A stretch of 64,000 nt of DNA. It comes from an uncultured virus (IMG/VR IMGVR_UViG_3300017706_002363). Taxonomy: Duplodnaviria; Heunggongvirae; Uroviricota; Caudoviricetes. The position numbers and the translations under genes were made by a program. Below are positions 51,344 through 61,638 of the stretch, in pieces (the stretch's first letter is position 1; the number at the start of each line of letters is the position of its first letter). Location of the stretch: IMG/VR virus record IMGVR_UViG_3300017706_002363; one strand, written 5' to 3'. Under the pieces are notes generated by a model that saw only the letters and a list, made by a program, of their open reading frames with translations, did not search any database and was not told the DNA's origin.

Positions 51344-54300
51344 ATGAAAAAGTTATTACTACTACTTACAGTATTACCGAGTATATTATATAGTCAAGGT
51401 AGCTGGGTACACGTTCAATTAATGACAGACGATTATCCATCTGAAACAAGCTGGAATATTACACCTCCTGGTGGTTCACCTATTATTGTTGAAAACGATA
51501 GTAACATGCTACCTAATACAATGTATGACACTGTTGTTTTTCTTGGAGGAACGATTGTTGCAAGTATATATGATGAGTTTGGTGATGGTTTAAGTTCAGC
51601 ACCATTTGGCGGAACTGATGGTTGGTTTATGATTAGTAATTCATGTCAAGATACTTTAATGTATGTTGCAGGAAACTTTGGAGATAGTTTAGTACAAACA
51701 CTTACTGTTGCTCCTTGTGCTCCACCAACTACAGGATGCACTGACCCTAATGCTTTAAATTATGATTCAGCAGCATATATTTCAGATAATAATTTATGTA
51801 CATATCCACCTTGCGGTGGGTTTTTGACATCTAATGTTCAACAAACTTGTTTACCAACTGGCCAAACATTGGTACAGTTTTTCTGGCAAACAGACACGTC
51901 AAATGCTAATTGTAATCCAGTTAGATTTTGGTATTGGAATGAAGAAGGTGTAGGTCCTTTTCAATACGGACTTAGTCCTAATCAACAAGACTTTGCAGTA
52001 TTTGCTGGTAATGGCCAAATGCCTCCTAACTGGTCAGTAGAACATTATGGTATGGTTGAATTTGCAGATAGTACTTTTTCAGATACTATGGCTTATACAC
52101 CTACTTCTTGTATAGCAGGATGTACTGACCCTACTCAACCAACTTATAATCCTTGGGCAACATTTGATGATGGCTCTTGTTCAGGAACAACTTGTGATAC
52201 AAATACAACATATCAAATTACAATGGAGATTACATTTGATAATTGGCCAAGTGAAACTGGCTGGTCTATAACAAGTGGTGGATATGGTATATTACAACAA
52301 GAACTACCTGGTGCATATAATTTCAATGATATAGGACAAACCTACACTTACACTTTTTGTGTAGACCAAACTGCAGGTTTTGAATTAATAGTAACAGATG
52401 CATACGGCGATGGTATGGCAGGAACTACTTCAGGTGGTTCATTAGATGGTATGATTGTTATATATGATTGTTTAGGTGATACTATATGGTACATGGACAA
52501 TCCAGGATTTGGAAATACATTATATTCAGGAGTACAATTTGGAGTACCATGCTTATCAGTTCCTCCAGTATATGGCTGTACAGATGATGATTATCAAGAA
52601 TATGATATATTAGCTACAGTAGATGATAGCTCTTGTGTGAATTTACATATTTACGGCTGTACAGATTCTTCTGCATTTAATTATGACCCATTGGCAACAA
52701 TCAACGATATAGTTCCTGATTGTCAATATCAATTACTAATTGAAGATGCTGGTGGTGATGGTTGGGGAAATTCTTATTTAGGAGTTTACCAAAATGGAAT
52801 TAACTTTGGAACATTTACAATGGGACCAGGTAGTTATCAAGACTCTTTCTTATTAATATTAGATGCTGGAATTCCTGTTAACATATACTACTTTGAAGTT
52901 GGCGGACCTCAGCAGCCACCAGAAGAAGTACAATTTCAAACTTGGCATAATTCATTTAAGCTAACAAACGCTAACGGTGTTGTATTAATGCATGAAGGTA
53001 CAAATCCTTTTGCTAATAACGGACAAGGTGCTTTACAATCATTCCAATCACCATTTTGGACAGTATATTCAGCTGAACCTTTTTGTGGTGATTATTGTAT
53101 TCCTACAATATATGGCTGTATGGATTCTTTATCGTTTAACTACGACCCATTAGCCAATACAGACGATGGTTCGTGTATTCCTTATACTCCAGGCTGTATG
53201 AATGTATTTGCAATAAATTATAATCCTTTAGCTAATGTAGATGATGGTAGCTGTATTCCTTTTATTAATGGATGTACAGATTCAACAGCAGACAACTATA
53301 ATTCATTTGCTAACTTTGATGATGGTTCATGTTATTATATTGGCTGTATGGACATAGCTGCATGTAATTACGACTCAACAGCTACTGTAGATAACGGATG
53401 TCAATATCCTCCGCAATATTATGACTGTAATAACATATGTTTATCAGATATTGATGGTGATGGTATTTGTGATGAACTAGAAATACCTGGCTGTACAAAT
53501 CCAATAGCTCTTAATTTTGATATAACAGCAACAGATGATGACAGTACTTGTATATTACCAATTTATGGATGTACTGACCCAACAGCTTTTAATTATGATG
53601 CACTAGCAAACACTGACAACGGCTCTTGTGTTCCTATAATATATGGTTGTACAGACGCTATGTCATTTAATTATAATCCGCTAGCTAATACAGAAAATGG
53701 TTCATGTATCCCATTTGTTTATGGCTGTATGGATTCAACACAATTCAATTACAATCCACTGGCAAATGCAGATAATGGAAGTTGTGTACCAGTTATATAT
53801 GGATGTATAGATTCTACTGCATTAAATTATAATCCACTTGCAAATACAGATGATTTATCTTGTATAGCTTATTTATATGGCTGTACAAATCCAATAGCAT
53901 TAAATTACAATGCATTGGCAAATACTGATGATGGTTCATGTATATTACCTATTCCTGGATGTATGGATGCCACGGCATTTAATTACGACCCGATGGCCAA
54001 TGTTGATGATGGAAGTTGCGTACCAGTTATACTTGGTTGTACAGATCCGACTCAATTTAATTATAATTCTTTAGCTAATACTGATGATGGTTCTTGTATT
54101 CCTTATATATACGGTTGTACAGATGCTACTGCTTATAATTATGATGCCAATGCAAATACAGATAATGGAAGTTGTGAACCATTTATTTATGGATGTACTG
54201 ATTCTACTCAATTTAATTACGACCCTACAGCAAACACAGATAACGGAAGCTGCACTCCATTTGTATACGGTTGTACAGATAATTTGGCATTAAACTTTAA

Positions 54301-54880
54301 TCCTTTGGCAAACGCACTAGATAATTCATGTTGTTATATTGGAGGTTGTACAGACATTGCATCTGTAAATTATAATCCAAATGCATGCTTTGATGATGGT
54401 TCTTGTATAACAGCAGTACCAGGTTGTACAGATGTTGGTGCATACAATTACAATCCAGCTGCAAACGTATCTGATTCAACAGCTTGTTTATATGATGCAG
54501 GATGCTATGGAGGACCTGGAGTTCCTTATTGGTTAAATGATGGATGCTTTGCATGGGTAATCGATGTTGACAATTACTGCTGTACAAATGAATGGGATGC
54601 TACATGTCAATCAATGTACGACTACTGCCAATTAGGTTGGCCAACTTCAGTAGATGATATAGCTTCTATGGGAATAATGGTTTATCCTAATCCTACAGGA
54701 GATATGTTAAACATAGATACCAGATTAGATATTGAGATTGAAATATATGATATTATGGGCAAGCTAATGACAAAAGAAAGCTCAAAAAGAATAGATTTAT
54801 CAAATTATCCTAATGGTACATATAACTTGATACTTATATATAATAACAAAAGATTTACTACAAGGGTGATAAAACAATGA
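51344..54880 (+). CDS. Large secreted repeat protein with T9SS type A sorting domain
   Basis: Signal peptide; three DxxGDG beta-domains; about 21 GCTDxxAxNYxPxAxxDDGSC repeats; C-terminal VYPNP...IEIYDIMGK...IDLS.YPNG.Y.L......T.RVIKQ. Confidence 0.9.
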   Translation: MKKLLLLLTVLPSILYSQGSWVHVQLMTDDYPSETSWNITPPGGSPIIVENDSNMLPNTMYDTVVFLGGTIVASIYDEFGDGLSSAPFGGTDGWFMISNSCQDTLMYVAGNFGDSLVQTLTVAPCAPPTTGCTDPNALNYDSAAYISDNNLCTYPPCGGFLTSNVQQTCLPTGQTLVQFFWQTDTSNANCNPVRFWYWNEEGVGPFQYGLSPNQQDFAVFAGNGQMPPNWSVEHYGMVEFADSTFSDTMAYTPTSCIAGCTDPTQPTYNPWATFDDGSCSGTTCDTNTTYQITMEITFDNWPSETGWSITSGGYGILQQELPGAYNFNDIGQTYTYTFCVDQTAGFELIVTDAYGDGMAGTTSGGSLDGMIVIYDCLGDTIWYMDNPGFGNTLYSGVQFGVPCLSVPPVYGCTDDDYQEYDILATVDDSSCVNLHIYGCTDSSAFNYDPLATINDIVPDCQYQLLIEDAGGDGWGNSYLGVYQNGINFGTFTMGPGSYQDSFLLILDAGIPVNIYYFEVGGPQQPPEEVQFQTWHNSFKLTNANGVVLMHEGTNPFANNGQGALQSFQSPFWTVYSAEPFCGDYCIPTIYGCMDSLSFNYDPLANTDDGSCIPYTPGCMNVFAINYNPLANVDDGSCIPFINGCTDSTADNYNSFANFDDGSCYYIGCMDIAACNYDSTATVDNGCQYPPQYYDCNNICLSDIDGDGICDELEIPGCTNPIALNFDITATDDDSTCILPIYGCTDPTAFNYDALANTDNGSCVPIIYGCTDAMSFNYNPLANTENGSCIPFVYGCMDSTQFNYNPLANADNGSCVPVIYGCIDSTALNYNPLANTDDLSCIAYLYGCTNPIALNYNALANTDDGSCILPIPGCMDATAFNYDPMANVDDGSCVPVILGCTDPTQFNYNSLANTDDGSCIPYIYGCTDATAYNYDANANTDNGSCEPFIYGCTDSTQFNYDPTANTDNGSCTPFVYGCTDNLALNFNPLANALDNSCCYIGGCTDIASVNYNPNACFDDGSCITAVPGCTDVGAYNYNPAANVSDSTACLYDAGCYGGPGVPYWLNDGCFAWVIDVDNYCCTNEWDATCQSMYDYCQLGWPTSVDDIASMGIMVYPNPTGDMLNIDTRLDIEIEIYDIMGKLMTKESSKRIDLSNYPNGTYNLILIYNNKRFTTRVIKQ
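53110..54490 (+). repeat. Tandem ~78-bp coding repeats (26-aa GCTD units)
   Basis: Recurrent GGxTGTAxxGAx...AATTAx...GAxGAxGGxxxxTGT units. Confidence 0.9.
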
Positions 54881-55935
54881 AAAAAATAATAATATTAGCC
54901 GCGGTTTTATTAGCGTCATGTGCAGCACCAAAAAAATGCTGTTCTCAGGTAAAAGATTTATTTAAGTTTTCTACATTTTATGGAGCTGTCAATGGTAATA
55001 CATCGATATCAGACTTAGATATATACAGCGTTACAGATGGCTTAGAAACAGTTACAGTAGAAACACCATTTGACTATTCAGTACTTTTTGGTACTAGAAA
55101 GATTAGAAGATTTGGATATGAACCAAAAGAGGCATTTAAAAATGGTACAGAAAATTCATTTTCAGATGCAGCAACAATTGGTTTGTGGGAAAATAAATTA
55201 GAATTTCTATTTCAAGCAGAATTTAAAAGACAAGAAGGTGAAGCATATTTTGACCAACGTCACATGCTTAGATATGTAGATGAAAAATGGTTAGCAAAAG
55301 TAGAATATATTGAAGACGGCTTTGCAGATGTAAAGTTTTTTGAATCATCACAAAGATATAGAAAAGAAATGGAAAATGGTATATCATTTAATGTTGGTAT
55401 ATCACAAAGAATATCAGAAGCCTATGGATATAATCCTCTTGACGAATGGTTATTATCAAATGGTAATTTACACTACACTTATTTAGCATTAGAAGAAGGG
55501 TATACAACTCAATTTGATGGACAGGGTGGAGTTGAATATTTCGACCCATCAGGTAATTCTGTAGCAACAAGCACTGAAGTTTGGGAAGCAGTTGTAATAC
55601 CAGAAATGCTAGCAAATTATACTGAAAAGAAAAGAGACGAACTACCTGTACAGTGGACACATTCATGGGTAGCAGGATTCGATTATTACAAATATTCAAA
55701 AACAAGCTGGTTACACGCATGGGGTAATATCATGCCATTACATTTTAGTGATGAAGATAATCAGTATAGTTATTATAATTTTAATAAAGGACAGTGGACA
55801 GATTATTCAGGTGGTATTATTTACGGACACTGGTTTAATAAAAATCTAGGATTATTTGTAGAAGGTACATATAATAAATATTGGAACAGAACATGGCACG
55901 GATTTAGTGCTGGTATAAATTACAGAGTATTTTAA
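54877..55935 (+). CDS. Putative outer-membrane beta-barrel / lipoprotein
   Basis: LLASC lipobox-like signal; amphipathic aromatic strands; C-terminal GINYRVF. Confidence 0.65.
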   Translation: MKKIIILAAVLLASCAAPKKCCSQVKDLFKFSTFYGAVNGNTSISDLDIYSVTDGLETVTVETPFDYSVLFGTRKIRRFGYEPKEAFKNGTENSFSDAATIGLWENKLEFLFQAEFKRQEGEAYFDQRHMLRYVDEKWLAKVEYIEDGFADVKFFESSQRYRKEMENGISFNVGISQRISEAYGYNPLDEWLLSNGNLHYTYLALEEGYTTQFDGQGGVEYFDPSGNSVATSTEVWEAVVIPEMLANYTEKKRDELPVQWTHSWVAGFDYYKYSKTSWLHAWGNIMPLHFSDEDNQYSYYNFNKGQWTDYSGGIIYGHWFNKNLGLFVEGTYNKYWNRTWHGFSAGINYRVF

Positions 55936-55946
55936 GGGAAAAGAAA

Positions 55947-56231
55947 ATGGCAAAAGAATTGAGTGAAAATACAAGCTTTAATGTTAGCATACAAACACTA
56001 ATAGGAATAGGATTTGCAATAACAACTGTTGTTGGTATGTGGTTTGCATTACAAGCAGATATACAAGAAGCCAAAGAATTGCCAGTTCCTCCACCTGCAG
56101 AAATTACTCGTATGGAATTTGATATGAAAGACCAGTTGGTTCGTCAAACAATTATGAGCACTCAAGAAGATGTACAAGAAATAAAAGCTACTCTTGAAAA
56201 ATTAGAAGATAAAATAGATAGGTTAAGATAA
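55947..56231 (+). CDS. Single-TM coiled-coil membrane protein
   Basis: One TM segment followed by a coiled coil. Confidence 0.65.
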   Translation: MAKELSENTSFNVSIQTLIGIGFAITTVVGMWFALQADIQEAKELPVPPPAEITRMEFDMKDQLVRQTIMSTQEDVQEIKATLEKLEDKIDRLR

Positions 56232-56237
56232 AAAGAT

Positions 56238-56579
56238 ATGAAACTATTAAACACTAATATATGTTTAACATCACGCAGATCTTTACTGGTTATAGCAATA
56301 TTACTAATAAGCACATTGGTAATAGCAGGCGTAATTACAGAAAAGAAAGTTATAATAAAAGATAATAATAAAGAAGTTTGGATACCATCAGCTGAAGATA
56401 TTGCTTATCAAGACAGCATGTTTTCTATAGTAGAACAAACACAATCAGATATAGACACAATAAAGGTAGCAATTGATGATATACTTTGGAAGCTAGAAAA
56501 ATTAGACTATTCTGATGGAACTTATGATAGCATAAGATATGTGAAAGGTGGCAAACTGGACAAAAAGAGGAATAAATAA
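56238..56579 (+). CDS. Single-TM hypothetical protein
   Basis: N-terminal hydrophobic helix. Confidence 0.6.
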   Translation: MKLLNTNICLTSRRSLLVIAILLISTLVIAGVITEKKVIIKDNNKEVWIPSAEDIAYQDSMFSIVEQTQSDIDTIKVAIDDILWKLEKLDYSDGTYDSIRYVKGGKLDKKRNK

Positions 56580-56959
56580 TGAAAAAAGATTATACATGGA
56601 TAAAAATGTTTATAGGTTATTTATTAGTACTTTTATTACTTTTTATCTCGAGTCCTGCTAACGGACAGTCTCCTTGCGGTGGAGACAATTTATGTGTAGT
56701 ACAATTTAATGCAGGATTTAATGAAGCAAACAAAGTTGCTTGGGTAGAAAAGCTTGGAGATTGTGACACTAAATTTATAGACATACAAACAGATGCAACA
56801 GCTGCTGGTAAATATAAAATAGTTGTTGTACCTACAATTTTAATATTTAATGGTGAAGAAGAGGTTGCTAGGTTTCAGGCAAACATTATGATGAAAATGG
56901 AATCAACGCAAAAAGATATACAAGGAAAAGTAGACGAATTAATTATGGAGTTGTTTTAA
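56579..56959 (+). CDS. Exported thioredoxin-fold protein lacking CxxC
   Basis: Signal peptide; VVQFNAGFN, Y.IVVVPTILIFNG.E..RF. Confidence 0.65.
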   Translation: MKKDYTWIKMFIGYLLVLLLLFISSPANGQSPCGGDNLCVVQFNAGFNEANKVAWVEKLGDCDTKFIDIQTDATAAGKYKIVVVPTILIFNGEEEVARFQANIMMKMESTQKDIQGKVDELIMELF

Positions 56960-57192
56960 TGTGGAAAATATTTAAAGATAAAAATAATTATAATGAAAAA
57001 AACATCGTTGGTTTTGTATCATTTACAGTAATGGTATTATTTGCTGTAGCAGATCTTGTAACAGGTATATGGTTTATGGGATATGTTGGTGATGGCAAAT
57101 TGGAGATTAACGATACTATATTTAACTCATTTGTTATGGTGACATTAGGATGTTTTGGTATTAGTGCATTTGAAAAAGTAAAGGGAAAGTAA
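56959..57192 (+). CDS. Putative holin
   Basis: 77 aa, two TM helices, basic C-terminus; immediately upstream of the endolysin. Confidence 0.5.
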   Translation: MWKIFKDKNNYNEKNIVGFVSFTVMVLFAVADLVTGIWFMGYVGDGKLEINDTIFNSFVMVTLGCFGISAFEKVKGK

Positions 57193-57662
57193 TGGAAAAA
57201 TTTAGCGAACACGTAAGCTACAAAGAAGGCGTAAAAAGTAACACAGCAGATAGGTTAGGCTTAGACAATACTCCTTCTGCAGACCAAAGAAAATGTATGC
57301 ATGAAATTGCACGAGATGTATTTGAGCCATTAAGAGAATGGGTAGGTGGACCTATAAAAATAAACAGCTTTTTTAGAGGAGAGCCTGTTAATACGGCAAT
57401 AGGCGGTTCTAAAAGGTCTCAGCATATGAAAGGTCAAGCTATGGATATAGACGACACATTTGGACATAAAACAAATGCTGAAATGTACCATTATATAAAA
57501 GATAATTTAGATTACGACCAGTTAATATGGGAGTTTGGTGATAACAAAAATCCTAACTGGGTACATGTTAGTTATGTAACGCACAGGCCTAACAGAAAAA
57601 TACTTACAGTTGCTTTTAAGAAAAACGGTAGAACTGCATACGAACACAAGGCACATGCATAA
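57192..57662 (+). CDS. Peptidase M15-family endolysin
   Basis: FEPLR, INS.FR...N.AIGGS..SQH..GQA.D, DQLIWEF, WVHVSY. Confidence 0.9.
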   Translation: MEKFSEHVSYKEGVKSNTADRLGLDNTPSADQRKCMHEIARDVFEPLREWVGGPIKINSFFRGEPVNTAIGGSKRSQHMKGQAMDIDDTFGHKTNAEMYHYIKDNLDYDQLIWEFGDNKNPNWVHVSYVTHRPNRKILTVAFKKNGRTAYEHKAHA

Positions 57663-58300
57663 TGATTAAATTAAGTAAAATATTAAATGAAGGAAAGGAC
57701 GAGATAATCTTTGGAAAACCTTCAGAAAAACACGTAAAAAAGATGAATAGATCGTTTGGTGTTTTTGAAGGATTTAATATGACAAACTTATATAATATAC
57801 CACCATCACCTAATTCTTCATCAGAAACTTTAGAAGAATTATTTGAACTTGATAAAATAAAACCTAATCCTGATTTTGTTAGAAAAGCAGATAATATAGC
57901 TGAATATTTTATAGAACGAACATCAGATTTAGATATTAAAAAAGATTTAAAAACATTTATAGAATCTGTAATATATGATTCAGGTCCTATAATATTAAGA
58001 TTAAAATATCATTACAATAGACCTAGACCTATACAAGTTGCTAAGATGCAAGGATTAAAATTCCATCATCAGCCTCTTGAAAGTGCAATGTCTCCATCAT
58101 ATCCAAGTGGACATACAGCACAATCTTATCTACTGGCTTATATGTTAAGTGATATTTATAATAAATACAAAAACAGATTCTTTAAGATTGCAGAAGAGAT
58201 ATCGATTAGTAGAAATGTTGCTCGACAACACTTTATTTCTGATTCTGAATTTGGTAAGAAAATTGGACACGAATTGTGGAGACATTATGAAACTAAATGA
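57662..58300 (+). CDS. PAP2/acid phosphatase-haloperoxidase family protein with KLxxILxE leader
   Basis: K..YNRPRP, SPSYPSGH, SR..A.QHF.SD. Confidence 0.85.
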   Translation: MIKLSKILNEGKDEIIFGKPSEKHVKKMNRSFGVFEGFNMTNLYNIPPSPNSSSETLEELFELDKIKPNPDFVRKADNIAEYFIERTSDLDIKKDLKTFIESVIYDSGPIILRLKYHYNRPRPIQVAKMQGLKFHHQPLESAMSPSYPSGHTAQSYLLAYMLSDIYNKYKNRFFKIAEEISISRNVARQHFISDSEFGKKIGHELWRHYETK

Positions 58301-58847
58301 TATATTAAATGAAAAGAAATCTTCTCCTTATGGAGAGATTATGCAAAAGCTAGATAAAGGCTTGAAACAAGCTATTAAATCTGGTGGAGTACCTCAGCGA
58401 TATGCAAAGGACTATGTAAAGTCTTTAGAAAGAATTGCAAATAAAAATTCTAAAAATTTCTTTAAAGACTATGGAAAATTTACTGCAGATGATTTTGAAG
58501 AAGATGTAATATATAATATGCAAAATGAAGAGTACTCTGTAAAAACTGAAGACCATGACTGCTTTGCTGAATGGTTAGTTGAAAAACAAAGCCAAATTAC
58601 AGAAGCAGAATATCAAGGACGTACTGTAAAATTAAATAAGCCTATGCAGGGTGATGTTAGCAAGTTTAAAGTATATGTTAATGGACCTAAAGGAAAAGTT
58701 GTAAAAGTTAACTTTGGTGCTAAAGGTTCAGAAAATAGAATTAAAAAGAGCGACCCTGCAAGACGTAAGTCTTTTAGAGCTAGACACAATTGTGATAATC
58801 CAGGGCCAAAACATAAAGCAAGATACTGGTCTTGTAGAAAGTGGTAA
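58287..58847 (+). CDS. Putative internal head protein (KLxDILxE leader; C-terminal DUF6321-like domain)
   Basis: MKLNDILNE; C-terminal KFKVYV...VVKVNFG...P.RRKSFRARHNC......ARYWSC.KW. Confidence 0.7.
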   Translation: MKLNDILNEKKSSPYGEIMQKLDKGLKQAIKSGGVPQRYAKDYVKSLERIANKNSKNFFKDYGKFTADDFEEDVIYNMQNEEYSVKTEDHDCFAEWLVEKQSQITEAEYQGRTVKLNKPMQGDVSKFKVYVNGPKGKVVKVNFGAKGSENRIKKSDPARRKSFRARHNCDNPGPKHKARYWSCRKW

Positions 58848-58857
58848 GGAGAATAAA

Positions 58858-59481
58858 ATGAAATTAAATGATATATTAAATGAATCTAGAGAATTTGTAA
58901 TTATCGACCCTAGAGGTAATGCAAGACCTGTAGGTTCTAAAATGCAAGGTGCTATGTATCTTAAAAAGATGGGCGGAGCTAAAAGAGGCTATCACATGGT
59001 GTTGAAGAAAAATGCTTTGAAGGCTAGAAGAGCTATTGAAAAAAACGGTGGTAATTCTACAAACTCTAAAATACAAAATATTATGTTTGACTTAATGTAC
59101 GAAGGTAAAGTTAATGAAGCTAAACTAAAAATATCTGGACCTGCTTACGATTTTTGGGATGAGAGAGAAGTCCAAAGAAAATTAAGAGATGTTAAGATAA
59201 AGATAGTTGGAGATATTGGTGGTGTTCTGACAATTAAAGGTAACGATAAAGAACTACAAAAAGTTAAAGACATATTAGGTTTAAAAGGTGCAAAAGAATC
59301 AGTTAATGAGGCATACGTAGAGTCAATGGACTATCCAGTACTTAAAAAGGCATTGGACACTATCGTTGATAAATGGAGCGATTGGAAAAAAGGTCCTATG
59401 ACAGAACCAAGTGATATAAAACCTGCTCAAAAAGAATTAATGAATTTTGTTAGTTCATATCTTAAGAAAAATATTAAGTAA
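58858..59481 (+). CDS. Putative internal head protein (KLxDILxE leader)
   Basis: MKLNDILNE, AGGAG SD and internal VNEA sites. Confidence 0.65.
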   Translation: MKLNDILNESREFVIIDPRGNARPVGSKMQGAMYLKKMGGAKRGYHMVLKKNALKARRAIEKNGGNSTNSKIQNIMFDLMYEGKVNEAKLKISGPAYDFWDEREVQRKLRDVKIKIVGDIGGVLTIKGNDKELQKVKDILGLKGAKESVNEAYVESMDYPVLKKALDTIVDKWSDWKKGPMTEPSDIKPAQKELMNFVSSYLKKNIK

Positions 59482-59870
59482 TGGAAAAATATATATACAG
59501 AGCAAAGTTGGAGAGAGTTGTAGATGGTGACACTATTGATGCTCTTATTGATGTTGGTTTTGACATTTGGATTAAGAAAAGGATTCGCTATATGGGTATC
59601 GACACTTGGGAATCTCGTACAAGAGATTTGGAAGAAAAGAAAAAAGGTCTTGCTGCTAAAGAAAGAAATAAAGAATTACTTGAAAAAGTTAGCAAAGACT
59701 CAGGATACTTTAGATTAAAATCTCATGGTGTAGGCAAATACGGAAGAGTGCTGGGAGAGATATTTATACAAGATACTGATGGTAATTCAATAAACATTAA
59801 CGAGCAGTTAAAGTTAGAAGGCCATGCATATGAATATCACGGCGGTAAAAAACAAATATTTAAGGGATAA
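59481..59870 (+). CDS. Thermonuclease (SNase)-like nuclease
   Basis: RVVDGDTID, RIR..GIDT.E, GKYGRVLG, NEQL..EGHA..Y.GG. Confidence 0.9.
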   Translation: MEKYIYRAKLERVVDGDTIDALIDVGFDIWIKKRIRYMGIDTWESRTRDLEEKKKGLAAKERNKELLEKVSKDSGYFRLKSHGVGKYGRVLGEIFIQDTDGNSININEQLKLEGHAYEYHGGKKQIFKG

Positions 59871-59872
59871 TT

Positions 59873-60289
59873 ATGAAATTAACAGATATAATCGATGAAA
59901 TGCAAGCAGTAAATAAAAAGACTGGTAAAGATATTACAAAGCATTTGATAGCATATTTAGAAAAGAAAATATCTAAAGAAGAATTTGAAAAGCTAACAGG
60001 GCTTAAGAAAGATAAAATTAAAGTATCAGAAGCTACAAATGTTTGGAAAATTTTTGATATGAAGCAGAGATTGTATGGCGACATAATGGATATTGAAATG
60101 GATATGAAAACCATTACCAAAGACTTAGGACAGCTTCATAAAGATATGGAACAAGAGGCTGAACCAAGTGGTGGTAAAGTTGCTGATAAATATGGAAAGC
60201 AGATAGACAAGCTTGAAAAAGAATATAAAAAGAAAAAGGCAGAGTTTAAAAAACTTATGGCTAAATTAGATAAACTGGAGCAATACTAA
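59873..60289 (+). CDS. Putative internal head protein (KLxDIIxE leader), coiled coil
   Basis: MKLTDIIDE; DMEQEAEP.GG..AD.YG module. Confidence 0.65.
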   Translation: MKLTDIIDEMQAVNKKTGKDITKHLIAYLEKKISKEEFEKLTGLKKDKIKVSEATNVWKIFDMKQRLYGDIMDIEMDMKTITKDLGQLHKDMEQEAEPSGGKVADKYGKQIDKLEKEYKKKKAEFKKLMAKLDKLEQY

Positions 60290-60462
60290 TGATTAATTGG
60301 ATAAACGGATTTAAAGCAGGGAATAAAAAACAGAAATATAGTTTAACTTTTAGACTAGGTACGTTTACAGTACTTGAAATTAAAGCATGTTTACTTTGCG
60401 AAGCAAACTGCACATCTAAAAAATTTAGACTTATGGTGCTTAATTTAGGATTCGAAATATAA
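60289..60462 (+). CDS. Hypothetical 57-aa protein (not in the ORF track)
   Basis: TAATG-coupled; reads MINWINGFKAGNKKQKYSLTFRLGTFTVLEI...LNLGFEI. Confidence 0.55.
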   Translation: MINWINGFKAGNKKQKYSLTFRLGTFTVLEIKACLLCEANCTSKKFRLMVLNLGFEI

Positions 60463-60563
60463 CAAAATTGGTTAAAAAACCTTAATAATATATAGGAATA
60501 ATATATAAAAGGTTTATAAGACACGGCGAAATCCATGTCTAACAAAGTAAAAGAAGTAACGAT

Positions 60564-61286
60564 ATGGCAAAATTAAATAAGAAAGATGTTGCATATACAT
60601 TAGCAATAAACTATTCAGGTAATACAAAACCTAAAATTACTAAGTTCAATAAAAAGAACATGGTAGTATACTATGGATATAAAGTAAATCCAGATGATGT
60701 AATTAAATCTTTAAAGCAGTTGGAGCCTTCGTTAAAAATTAAGCACAAGGCTTGGAATTCTATCTCATCAGGAGGTGGAACTCATACATTTTTATTTGAA
60801 GCAGCAACACCTGAGGATGACCCAGAATACTTTAAAGGATTAAGTAAAGACGATAAAGAAGAAAGAGAAAAAGTTATCGCAAAGAGAAGTAAGATGGATG
60901 ACGATGACCCTGATGCATATAAAGATTTTAAAAGTGATAAAGGAGTAAAAACCAAAGTGTCAAAACATACAAATAAATTCAAGCAAATGTATGGTGAATC
61001 CGGCTGGAAAACAATAAAAGAAGTATACAAAATGTCTAAAGGTCTTAATGAAATGAGTGCTGCTGTAAAAAAAGGCCTCAGAACTAAAGCAGAGAAATCT
61101 GGTATGCCTTTTGGAATATTAAAGCAAGTATTCAATAGAGGTATGGCTGCATGGAAAACAGGCCACAGACCAGGTGCATCACAACAGCAGTGGGGATATG
61201 CACGAGTAAATTCATTTACAACGAAAAGTCCTGGTACTTGGGGTAAGGCAGATAAAGACTTGGCTAAAAAAGTAAGAGGCAAATAA
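60564..61286 (+). CDS. Modular hypothetical protein (C-terminal DUF5824-like domain)
   Basis: TK.SKHT.KFKQMYG and KAEKSG..FGILKQVFNRG.AAWKTGHRPG...QQWG.ARVNSF. Confidence 0.65.
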   Translation: MAKLNKKDVAYTLAINYSGNTKPKITKFNKKNMVVYYGYKVNPDDVIKSLKQLEPSLKIKHKAWNSISSGGGTHTFLFEAATPEDDPEYFKGLSKDDKEEREKVIAKRSKMDDDDPDAYKDFKSDKGVKTKVSKHTNKFKQMYGESGWKTIKEVYKMSKGLNEMSAAVKKGLRTKAEKSGMPFGILKQVFNRGMAAWKTGHRPGASQQQWGYARVNSFTTKSPGTWGKADKDLAKKVRGK

Positions 61287-61287
61287 A

Positions 61288-61626
61288 ATGGTAAAATTAA
61301 AGGACATATTAAGAGAAGGTATTGAATTTCAAGCTATCTTAGTAAAAGATGCGACAGTAAAATATAATACTCGTCCAGCTGGCGGTATTCCTGGTGTAGG
61401 AACACAAATGGCTGGTAAAAGCCATGCAAAAGTTCCTAAAGGTACATTCTTAATCGGATTGCCAGGTGGTTTATTCGCAGTTAATCTTAAAAACAAATTT
61501 GCTTTTCAGTTAACAAGTGGTAGAGACAAATGGTTAGATGCTCAAGACAAGTTAAAAAATAGTGATTTAGGTGGAACAAATATGGCTCCTGATTATAATC
61601 AGTGGCGAAAATACTTAAAAAAGTAA
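61288..61626 (+). CDS. Putative internal head protein (KLKDILxE leader)
   Basis: MVKLKDILREG. Confidence 0.65.
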   Translation: MVKLKDILREGIEFQAILVKDATVKYNTRPAGGIPGVGTQMAGKSHAKVPKGTFLIGLPGGLFAVNLKNKFAFQLTSGRDKWLDAQDKLKNSDLGGTNMAPDYNQWRKYLKK

Positions 61627-61638
61627 AAGGGAAAAATA

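Noticed and set aside
53110..54490. CRISPR array or DGR template/variable repeats
   Set aside because: The repeats are in-frame 26-aa protein units with synonymous variation; there are no unique spacers and no reverse transcriptase.
58149..58857. Long N-terminal extensions of track ORFs 58149 and 58714
   Set aside because: They overlap upstream genes; the true starts are probably 58287 and 58858, where the shared MKLNDILNE leader begins.
60519..60540. Hairpin AGACACGG-CGAAAT-CCATGTCT as a terminator
   Set aside because: No downstream U-tract; at most a 5'-UTR hairpin, with too little evidence to call.
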